A stretch of 61,767 nucleotides of DNA, counting the filler, from Nemertoderma westbladi (Eukaryota; Animalia; Xenacoelomorpha): assembly GCA_032718475.1 (NCBI GenBank). It is 4 parts of 4 records of this genome, joined end to end, with 100 filler letters (N's around TTAATTAATTAA, not from the genome) between each part and the next. Parts side by side here need not be neighbours in the genome. Positions count along the whole stretch, not along the records: positions 45,454 to 53,989 come from JAUCBJ010000139.1; positions 54,090 to 61,767 come from JAUCBJ010004656.1; 2 more parts are not named here. The stretch is one strand, 5' to 3'. The number at the start of each line of letters is the position of its first letter. Position 1 is the first letter of the stretch. The translations under genes and the position numbers were made by a program. Below, in pieces: positions 50,900 through 61,767 of this stretch. The notes below the pieces were generated by a model, which was not told where the DNA came from, searched no databases, and worked only from the letters and a program-made list of their open reading frames with translations.

Positions 50900-51932
50900 C
50901 TACGCACTCATTGGCCGAGTTTCTAGTTGCCCTTCTCCACGGCCTATCGAAGTAGAACTCCTTACAGACGTCGCAATCCGGCCCCGCTGTGTTGTGCTTA
51001 CAATCGCAGACGAGATCCCCCATCCCGTTGCGTTTGCACTGCGACGCGTGCCCGTTACACTTACAGCGCCCCCCTACGGCCAAAGCGGACACCGAATAGT
51101 AACTCATATCCGCCGTGTTCAACGCAAGATCCGGGGTGAAGATATTCTGGCGCATAAAAACGATGCGAATATCGGTGACGGTGCACCAATCCTGGAGGAC
51201 GGGATTCCTATCGAAGTTTTCCGAGTTGGGACGTCCATCGAGAGTCGTGAGAATTATTCGCGCGCCTTTTATTGGCTCAATATTGCTCTGAGAACCAATA
51301 CATAGAGGCTCTAAAGGGTCTTTAGTGGTCCGACTTTCTGGCTTATTGAACACCGCCTTGCAGTTTTTACTGTAGTTCTGGAACGGCATCCATGTTTTTC
51401 CGTAATCCTGCGATTTCCATATAGCCATGCTCTCTGGTGCAGGGGAGCACATGTTGAGCGTTATGTAGGTGACTTCAAACTTCTTCCCCAATGAGAGGGT
51501 CAGCGTGACGTGGTCCTCTTCCGGGTAACTAGCTACCGGCGCAGACACCCAGCAGGTCGTGTTGCTGGGGTTGTTGAGGTCCGTTATGTATGAGGCCGGG
51601 TGCGCTCGCTCTGGAGAGTGCGCGTCGCACACCGGGCACACGCGTTCCCGGTACTTGGCATGTCCGGGTTTCGGCGCCGCGGACGGCTCCGTCAGCACGC
51701 AGTACCGGTTCGCGGGATCGCCGCACGTCGATGAAGCAACCACCGGTAAACCGAAGGCGGCGTCCTCGAAGTCCGGCACGCAGTACCGCGGTTCCGACAG
51801 TTCGTTGGTGCAAGGGTCTTGTTTGCTCGCCTCTATGCCGAACATTGTGTGGATATTGGGGTAGCCAGCAATGACAGCGTCGAGGAAGAATGAGACGTAG
51901 AGAAACAACAGAGTTGTATGCCGTCGAGTCAT
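50900..51932 (-). CDS. Netrin first coding exon: signal peptide, laminin N-terminal domain, LE1
   Basis: Signal peptide, DPC...[55 protein letters not shown]; GTA G|GTGAGT donor is in phase with the 47555 exon. Confidence 0.96.
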
Positions 51933-53989
51933 AATGGAGGTTATTTTGGGATTGAGAATGGCGACAACGTAACAAATAACACGACCTAAAATAAAATAAA
52001 ATAAATAATTATTAAATTATTATAATAATTAAGTGGACGTTATTTTATTTCCCATGGCATGTCAAGCTTGGATTCTATTCCAACTAAAACAAAAAACGAG
52101 AGTGAAGTACAAAGTTTAATGTTTCTTTACAAATATTGTTTGGCGAAGCAGGTTCAAATGTAACCAAAGGCTGTATAAATATCGCACTGTCCCTAAGAAA
52201 AGACTCTTTAGACATTAGTGCTTACGTAAACCCAGCGGTGCAATGGAAAACTGGCTTTAGCTGGGGGAGTAAAGTAAGGATGTGATAGTTATGGAGTGTT
52301 CAACTTTGGGAGTTAAGTTAGTGTGGCTCCCACTGCCCTATAGTTAACAGCCAAAAGAGAGGAGCAGTCAGGTTGCGTTGCCTCTCACTTTTATTATCGT
52401 AAAAACTCTAAAAGTAAAATAAGAAGGTTTGATAAACAATTACTGTTGTTTATATTGTCGGATTTTAGGCACACACAATTACAGCTCTGCTTCCGTAATT
52501 ATTTCGTCCTGACTGTTTCTGTATTAAATACTAAGGTATTCCAGAACAAAGTTGGCGTCATAAAAATGTTATTTAATCAGTAAATTCACAGCTATTTATA
52601 ATAGCTCCGAAACAATTACCATAAAATAATAATTGACGAACTGTAAAGTCCGTCAATTACACTCGAACTTATTCTAGAAGACAATAGAGACATCGAGAAT
52701 GTTGAAAAGAGATAAGTTAAAAGAATATGAAACGTTTGAGGCTTTAGTTTATTTGAATACAACTGACCTTCAAGTAATCCTTGTAATACAAATGTTTTAA
52801 AAATAAATTATTCAACAAATTATCACCAAAATAATAAAAAAAATATTCCAATTATTATTATTAACGTTTAAATAATAATAACGTATATGTATCCAGTACA
52901 AATAAAATTAATTTAATATCTCAAACTAGGATGAAAGCATGATAAAAAGTATGGGAATTTACAGTGAAACGGTTTTTACATTGGAGCCAAAGTTTATAAA
53001 AGACAAGGTAAAATCCCCTATGAGTATAGAGAAATATAGTGGGGCAGAAGGAGGGCCCTCGTTAGCCAATCACAACAAAGGGCGCTTAAATTAGTCAAAT
53101 AGTTGTGTTAGACTAACGCCTAACACTCCACCATACTGTAAGTGGCGGGTGATTGGCTTAACATTAAATGAAACTATTTGAAAATTTTAGAGAATAAAAC
53201 TGAAGCTTTGGAACATATTGAAATAATTTACATTCAATCTAAATATCAACTGTCTAAAATTCATTCATTCAATAAAATTACACAAAACGATGTCTATACC
53301 ATTAATGCAAAAATGTTTTTTTATGTTTTGATTTGGTGGTAAAAAAAACAATTTCGTTGGCGTTTTGAAAATTGATATCACATGTTACATGACCTTCTGT
53401 CTGACTTACAAGTAATATGAATGTATTTAGAGACGTCGTATATTACGTATATTTTCGGGAATACCACACACATGTTGGTTGTGTACTGCTTTAGGGGCAA
53501 CAGGCGTCCGTTTAAGCCAACCCGCGGTTTGTACTAATAATTGTAAAATAGCCTAATAAATTTCAAGAAAGACAGACGCGCCACCGCGTTATTCAAACGG
53601 TTAAAAGATACAAAGCGGTTGTAACTGAGATGAACCGACCGTGATGAACTGAGTAATACCTGAAGTTATTGTTTATTTTGGCTGAAATAAACGAAGTAAT
53701 AAAGTTAATATAAATATAAACATGGTCGTTTTGTTGAATTAAAAATAGGCAGGAAAAAAGGTAATTGTACAGAATAAAACGGCTAATAACATGACTTAGA
53801 CAGACAGTAACACTAGCAAGGGGCACATGGTCGGTACAAGTTGGTAAATTGTAAAAGTAATAAAGGCCTAGGCCTATTCTGCCCCCTGGTTCGCATGAAT
53901 ATATAATAATATGCTATTAGCAACACAAGTACAAAATTTCAGGGTTTACCTTTACCCGCGATATAAGTAAACCTAGTTACTGTATGTAG

Positions 53990-54089
53990 NNNNNNNNNNN
54001 NNNNNNNNNNNNNNNNNNNNNNNNNNNNNNNNNTTAATTAATTAANNNNNNNNNNNNNNNNNNNNNNNNNNNNNNNNNNNNNNNNNNNN
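53990..54089. other. Assembly gap linker
   Basis: N run with TTAATTAATTAA. Confidence 0.98.
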
Positions 54090-55695
54090 CAAATTGTCTG
54101 TACAATCTGATGAGGTTTACACGCCTTCTGTTCAATACTGGCCTACAAACAAATAAAACTGACAGAAATAGGCCTAAGTAAAATCCCAATAAAAACCAGG
54201 CGTCCCCGATTAATTATTAAGACCTACCGGCATATATAATCAAATCGAATAATACTGCTGTACTTATACGGAAGTAGGTACCGGTCCGGATGATCAGGCA
54301 GTCAGGCCTACTGGTTACCGGTCGACCGGTACTTTCGACTACTTTCGTACCGGTACTTTCGTACCGGTTCTGGCAGTTGGGCCTACTGACCTACAGAAGT
54401 ACCGGTTCAAGTTTACCGGTTGACCGGTATTTTCAACTTTATTGCTTACTGCAACAAAGAAGCTATATCCTTTAATGTTCGCGCTTTCAGACCTTTGGCA
54501 GTTTAACCCGCCAAATTAAGATGTCTTCTAGATATTAAATCGCTTTTTAGCCTATGACAAGTATTTGATTCACTACACTAGTCGAAACCAATCTGTGCGC
54601 GATCATTCACCCGCTGGATATTCCCGGGAGATTGGGTTCGACGGTTTAATTTTATTGCTATGTAAGCCTAATGTATTATTCGACTGACAGTATTATATAA
54701 TCTCTGACAATATTATTCACCTTCGGGAATATTAACAGTTCCTTTAGGACGTGGCGCTTTATCTATATAAACAGAGTTATGACTTAAACTACTCACAACG
54801 ATATGGCTTAATTATAATTCACATATATGGCGCATTCTTTAGGAATTGCTTCTTTAACAGACTCACTCATACACAATGCTGCACAATACTGCACACTAAT
54901 CTGCCAATCTTCACTGATTTTAGTCACATATAAAAGGAACACAGACTGACTCATGTAGGGTCTATCAAATAACATTAGATTCACTTCAAACCACTTTAAC
55001 ATAAGTCACAATCGTTATTGGTAACCTTTCTCTCTTACCTTCGGTATATCAAGAATATTGGGTTGCGGGGTTATTTATCGTTATTTCAAATATAATAATT
55101 CATCAACCATATTATGAAGAAATGGCAGTAAATAGCAGTATAAAACAACAACTGAACAGTTAGGTAGATCGGTACATCAGTACCGGTATGTCAGCAGTGA
55201 GATATTTACAGGTATGTTAAAGGATATATGCCCTTTATAATTAAACCTACTAGTGTAAGACTAAAAAACAGTACAGCACAAAAAACTTCCAAGCCGTTCT
55301 TTCTTTGGCTCAAGACTGAATGTAAACACTGCACATAGGCATTGCGTCATTTCTCGGAAATTTTCTGTACAAGGAGCCACAAAAACGCTCTAATTGGCTG
55401 ACTGAACTGAGAGACGCCGTAGAACAAAGGAAATCAACACGTATGAATGTCAGCTGTTAACCGTAGTCATAGTAACTACTGTTCAAGAGTAGCTATCACC
55501 CCTTTGCGTCACGAATTGCCATAGAATCATAAAATATGCCTTTCACAGTACACATACGGAGGAAATAGGTCTTAGATCCTCTAAAAACACCGATACAGCA
55601 ATAATACGGTCTCTTACACTTATTAAATCAACTACAGAGTATTTTAATGTAAAAGATAATAAAAATAACGGGGCAATTCAGCAAAGGCTTTTACA

Positions 55696-57680
55696 AACTT
55701 ACAGATAATATACTTGGAATCATCAGCAGCTGCCTGGTCGACCGGGTCAATGACCTCGGTGGGGACAGCTGTTGGTGCCTCACCCCCAGAACCACTGCCT
55801 GCACGCCCCCTAGCGGCTTGAACTACGGCTAGCTCATGCTCGACCATCGTATCAGTATATTGGTTATTGTTAAGAATATACTTAGCATCCCCAATAGCAG
55901 TATAGAGTTGGGAACCATCCCCACCCTTACTGGCATTAAAGATGCGATGAAACATACCACGAACTACATCGCGTTTGTGAGATTCAGGGGCACACGCAGA
56001 GGCATTGAGAACGAGCCCAGTATCTGTAGGCTTGCGGTACCACGCTGTTGAAAGAGCATAGTCAACCTGAGTGACAACCAAATCAAGAAAGGACAAGCGC
56101 CCCCTCTCCTCCATCTCAAGGGTAAACCTATGATTGGGATGGAGGGCATTGACCTCTCTCAACTTCTCAGTGGGGTCGTTATTGCCAACACTAAATATGT
56201 CATCGACGTACCTATCACTAAGCTTGGTGCCCGCAGCGATCCTCTCGTCGAACTGTGACAGAAAGATGTTGGCGAGTATGGGGCCCAATGGAGACCCCAT
56301 AGCGACACCATCTTTCTGACAGATGTAGTTGCCATGGTGATCGAGGAATACGACATCCTTGGTGGCCAACAGCATAAGATCAATAAATTGGTCCTTTCTG
56401 ATTAGCTGGCTGTCCGGATGCCGCTCATACAGTAGATCAGCAGCAAGCTGCACCGCCTCCCTCAGTGGGATGTTAGGGAATAAACTCACAACGTCCAGGG
56501 AGTAGAGACAGTCCGTGGGTTCTACCTCTAGTTCAGCGAGCAGACCCAGCACTGAAAGTAGATATCTTGCCTTCAGGCAGCACATCCAGCATGTCTCGGA
56601 GAAACCCAGCGACAGGATGGTAAATGCTGCCGGGCATAGAGGTTATGGGATGGAGTGGGACACCAGCTTTATGTACCTTGGCAAGGCCATACAGCCTGGG
56701 AGGAGTGGTATCTTTGCGATGCAATAGCCTGGCCAGAAGTTCCCTATTCTCCTTCCCCACGATTCTGGTGACCTCGTCCCGAATAACCTCCGCCCTCCAA
56801 CGGTAGATATCTATCTTAACAGCACTGGGTCGACCGGGAGGGGTCCCAAACTTGGTCGGGTCGGCGATGAGCGCATCCGCCTTGGCGAGGTACGACTCCT
56901 TCTTCATAATGCAGTACCCATTCCCCTTATCGAACGGCACAGCAATCAGGCCCTGTTGCTTCAGATAACGCGCCGTTTTAGAGACAGCATCAGACTGCCG
57001 CTGGAGGCGCATTAACCGAAAGTAATTCTGGGCGTGGTGGGACACACTTACTTAATCCGCATCGGTGGTGTGGGTGAAATAGTCCACCAGGGAGTAAAAG
57101 AGTGCTGTGTCAAACTTGGTTTTGACCGGATTCTTGGCCCCAAGTCTGAGCACCGACCAACAGTCTCAGGTAGGACTATTCCATCCTCACACCGAACTGT
57201 GCCACTAACGTTTAGCAAGGGAGTCCCTTGGCTCCCATCCCACCACCTAAACTTCTCATCCTGGTCGGACCTCCGTTGCTCAAGCTTACCGTCACACCAG
57301 GTGTTCGCCAGGTGGACGACTTGCTCAAGTAGGCTCGGGTCCGCCAGAAGAGATGCAAGGTGATGCTTGGCACCTACTGCTCGATCCTCCGCGGCCTTCA
57401 GCTCCATGACCTTCCGAGCTATGGTTGTGTTTAGCAACCGTCGCTGGAAGGCCAACACTGCCTCCGGTTCGGCGAATGGACGAGAGGGTGGTACCTTAAA
57501 GGCTAGGAACTGTGGCACCACGCCACAATCACTACAGCGGGTCAGGAAAACCATGTCATTCGCAAGGTTTCCCGCTTTAAGAACTAATTCTCTAAACCAA
57601 AGGAAATTCCTCCATTCCCCCTTCGTGCGGAGCGAGGCTACAAACTCTGGAGGAAAGGAGTCGGATCCGCCGGTCGCCAT
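55696..57680 (-). pseudogene. PLE N-terminal and RT coding region broken into three ORFs
   Basis: ORFs 57048-57794, 56533-57045 and 55644-56585 carry consecutive motifs separated by stops or frameshifts. Confidence 0.9.
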
Positions 57681-58428
57681 TCCCACTGACCCAACACACC
57701 CAAGAAACCAACCTACGGAAAGCAGAAACACTACCGCGATGCTATACATATGAGTGTTAGGTAGGAAACGGAACGAGTTAACACCAACAAACAATATAGA
57801 AAATGATAAATATATTACACAATATAAACAACTATATAAACAGTATAAAAACGATAAATATATTTACACAATATTTTATCTACAGTGTGTGGAGATGGTG
57901 CAGACTATATACAATATATAAAATATAATTATGTAAAGGCAACTGCTGTGGAGAACCACAACGAAAGGCAACCGGTCCCGTATACAATCAATCCGACTCA
58001 ATCCACAGTAGTCCGCCACCCGTTGTAGTGTTCCTAATGGCTGACGTGTTACAGTGCCGACTCAAGAGGAATTATGTACGCAGTTGTTGTACCCCGCCCC
58101 ATCACACACACTCCAGACCGCTCATACTGCTCATAAATCCACCGATCCGTTATCGCTTATTAGTGCAGCACTACGCCCCGTAATTTATTCAACTGCACAC
58201 GCCTTCTAGTCGAGCAACTAGTAGTGAAACAATGGTTGGTACATCACAGACCTGTTAAAGATAGAATAACAGAAGTAGAAGCTTGAAAATCCAATAATAG
58301 AAAGTTAATTGTATTTTATTTATTAATCAAGCACATTAAGTAAAAACCTTACCGGTAGGTATGTCAGTGCCAAAGTATGTAAAAAAAATAAAAAGCAACA
58401 AGACCTAGACGTTGCATGCAATCAGTGA

Positions 58429-59105
58429 TCAGCTGACAGCAGCCAGCTGATCGGTAGGTTTTGCCCCGCAACTGAAGGCATTCTCAGGAGGCCAAGCCTG
58501 GAAATGTAGAGAGAGTTTCCCAAAGGGGGAACGGAACAGGTAACGAAATGAAGATATGTCTGTACTGTAACTATAACCACTGGGAAGCAGCACCATAAAC
58601 TTGCGCCAGTCACGTTTCTGCTTGTTGATAACTGGCTTGCGTGTTTGGATGTAATACATTTCGAGCTTTTGCAAGACTGGCCGCAATGGGTATCTAGCAA
58701 TTACACTGAAATGATTAAACAAGTCACGCCAGTCAGTCAGCCAACGTGTACTGGGCTCGCCGCGGTGCGTCATGATGTGGTTGTGCACAATCTTACCCTG
58801 TTCGCTCCCATCATTGGCTGTCCCATCCTGGTGCTGTCTAACGCGTTCAAATGGATGGTGTGGATGTTGGTGTTGGATGGTGTGTCCAACATATTCCCCC
58901 TTGCAAAAAGGAAAAGAGAAAGAGTAAACGACGTTAGACGCAAGGATTTCCGGGATGGGGTGTGACTGGCGCAGTTTAGATGTTGTAAAAACAAACCGAA
59001 CTGACCGTGTGCAAGACCTGGGTATAAGACCACATAACTTTCGAACAAATAGATCAGTTGCCCGACCTCGATACTCGAACTTACAGATAATAGGCTTGGA
59101 ATCAT
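58429..59105 (-). pseudogene. GIY-YIG endonuclease segment of the PLE
   Basis: Hand translation: DDSKPIICKF...SNVVYSFSFPFCKGEYVGHT...RVRQH...LEMYYIQTRKPVIN. Confidence 0.85.
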
Positions 59106-59366
59106 CACTGACATACCTACCAGTAAGGTTTTTTTCTTAACGTGCTTGATTAATAGATAAAATACAATTAACTTGCTATTATTGGATTTTCAAGCTTCTA
59201 CTTCAATCAATGATTTCTCGAGAGTCGTCGTTGTCCGGGGTCTGGGTTGCCTGATATTTTGTACATAACGGTGGACATTATGTAAGCTGGGATCTAACGG
59301 AGGTGCATAGGCCTCTGGAGGTGAACGAGGGTCACCTTGGGGGAATGCTTCTCCTGGGATGTGGCT

Positions 59367-60364
59367 TCATCTGACTCCACTTCTGGGGTAGGCTTCCCCT
59401 TGCCCGTTAGGGGGGACTGATATCCGTCCGCCAGATGATAACGGCGTTCCTGGTCCTGGATGCCGTGTCCCCACTGGCGCCGATGCTGTTGCGGCTAAGT
59501 GGGCCGATCCGGGTGCCAGGTGCCTATCATCCAGTTGGTTTTGACGGTTGTAATATATCGTCGAGTGGGGATTCATTTCATCCCTCGATGTCCAATTATT
59601 ATTGTTTCCTCCTTCGTTACCATGTGGTAACGCATGTGATACCTTGGAATTTTTCCCAAGCTGGTGATTGGGGATATTCCAGTGCCGAATGACATCCTAT
59701 CGTCCTTTGTCCTGGCTAAGGTACTAGACAGGTAGTTAGGTCTGGGACGTTCTGGACAAGCTGTACGAAAGATATTATGGGAGTTTGGGACTTCATTGGG
59801 TATTTCTTTAGTTACAATTGGTGCCCCTACTGGTGGTACAACATCTCTATTTTGGTAGGGGGTTTCTGTCATGGTCGAGTGTGGAACTACTACTGGATCG
59901 ATCGGCTCGGCTGATGTACCGCGCAATGGGGCTGCAACCAACTGAGGTGGTTCCCGTTCCTGTGGATCTATATAGATCTCGAACCCGGGATCGTTTGGCT
60001 CAACTTCCTCCTGTAACCTACCCAGGGGGGGGGGGGGCGAATCCAGCGGTCTTGGATGATCTAAATCCGTCTGCTTTGGGGGTATCCTGTTTCTATTATA
60101 TGGAGGCAGTTCCGGCAGTGCCACTCTAACAGCTCTCTTTTGTCTGCCTCGAGAGTGGCTACCACTTTCACTAGCATCAGTGGAGTTTCCTTCATCCGAC
60201 GAAGCATAAGTCCCTTTATTTGGCCCATCTTGTCCTTTATTAAAACCTAACTTCTCTTTGCGCCGATTTTCGCTTATTCTTTTTAGCGCTATTTGGTCTC
60301 GCAAAGCTAATTCCTGCTGGTCAGCTTCCAACTGCAATCTAGCTGTTTCCTTAACCGTTTCCAA
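59367..60364 (-). pseudogene. Low-complexity coiled-coil/Pro-rich ORF remnant, possibly the gag N-terminus of an old retroelement
   Basis: 263-aa ORF plus a frameshifted continuation; no diagnostic motif. Confidence 0.3.
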
Positions 60365-61767
60365 CTGTAGTTTATTACGTCACTGATTTGCGTTTAACCC
60401 ACGGGCGCCCATGGGATTTGAGCCACACGGAGTACCATTGGGGTCACATTAGACCCCAGTACTAAAATAGTAGTTTCTAGTGGGCCTGAATGGAAATATG
60501 TAGTAATAATGGACCGAATCTCTATTGGAGCCACCAAACTAAGTAATTTTAGCCCAGACCTGTAAATTTTCAACTTGTCTGACTTTTATATCAAATAAAA
60601 TTTAATATATTGAATTTTTTGGAAATTTTCACTTAAAATCCGGAATCCGCTCTTTTAATTTACAAAATAACAACTAATAGACACATAATATCCACTAATA
60701 TAAATAATGATACTACTAATATAACCTAAGTAACTATAACCTAATATAATCTAACTACTAATAGAAACAACAACACGAAACAATAACAATAAAAAATTGT
60801 AAATCCCGCAACAAATTATCCACAACATCCACAACAAATAATTGCCAAGTAAGTGTTCCTTACACACAAACTTATTGCACTTAGCACAAACGTTGCTTAT
60901 CTTTGCGTCTTTAGTACGGGGACAATAATCGCAACGCTTTCTCTTGGATGGGTATTATAGGACGCGTTTCTGTTGGTTTCAGAAATAATAGCTACAGAAC
61001 TGCTAGGAATTCTGCTGTACACAGTTCTAACAGATACCACTTCTTTCATTAGTTGTTCTGAGAGAGATAAAAGAAAATGTCTTCTTTCTTTGAAAGTAGA
61101 ACGACACGTTGTGTAGATGGGAATTTAATTCGAAAAACAATAAAGGCAGCTATAGCTGCAACGTCTGTTAATGCTATTCTATATGACAGGTTAGAAAATT
61201 TTAATTTTTCGCTATTTAATATTAGTTAATACTAGTTAACAACAAAAAAAACTTAGTTGCGCTTAAAACACTAAGGCTTTTACAGTTTTGAATATAATCA
61301 CATGAAAGTTTTTTTATATGATAGATCAAAGATGGGGCAACATAACTATCAGGCGAAATTTTGTGAAAATAATTCTGCACCGCTAGGTGGCGCTGCAAAT
61401 TTATGCCTAATTTTCAGGTTTGTTATAAATAGTATTAAATTTTATTAACAAATAATTTCGAAACATTGCCTGATACTTTTATGCAGGGTGCCTATGTAGA
61501 CACCCACAGAAAGTTTCAGACTAATTGCTCAAAAATTATAGAAGTAGTAGGGTTTTGAAGTTGAAAATTTCATAAAAAAAATATTTTGAGATAATCGACC
61601 TTTCATTATACATAGTAATAGTAATTTCAATAGGAATCCCTAAATGGAAATTGTTATAACTTAAAAACTAAAAGAGCTATTAAATAGCGGTTTTCAGATT
61701 TGGAAACACCATTCAAAGGTGCATTATAATAGAACATAAAAAAAATTTCGACATATTTTTGACCAAA

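Larger units (their letters stand above)
55696..59204 (-). mobile_element. Decayed Penelope-like retroelement, permuted, with an inverted pLTR segment
   Basis: PLE N-terminus FLTRC..VVPQFLAFK, DKG motif, PRLYGLAKVHK, SLDVVSLFPNIP, GVAMGSPLGP, RYVDD, SFLDL, YRKPT; separate GIY-YIG segment upstream; IR 58272-58369 / 59106-59204. Confidence 0.92.

Noticed and set aside
58243-58258. CATCACAGACCTGTTA, recalling the reverse complement of an 18S rRNA segment
   Set aside because: Only about 16 bp with no flanking rRNA similarity; likely chance.

Overview
AT-rich animal (probably invertebrate) nuclear DNA in four contigs, joined by 100-bp N/TTAATTAATTAA/N assembly linkers. Genes: the last three exons of CCT7, intronless PDHB and GAPDH, one SEL1-repeat exon, an EVC2/limbin-like gene and the first two coding exons of a netrin. 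Mobile elements: an intact LTR retrotransposon with identical LTRs, CG...CG termini and an LADD RT motif; a decayed, circularly permuted Penelope-like element; and several non-autonomous elements. The main observation is that all four large tandem arrays are amplified copies of the splice junction they touch. Three repeat 'exon end + GT donor' (CCT7, SEL1 exon, netrin). The fourth repeats a putative 'AG acceptor + exon start' (SEL1 exon). Other genes also appear nested in introns, twice on the same strand, although the gaps limit that conclusion. All calls were made by eye and no database searches were run.
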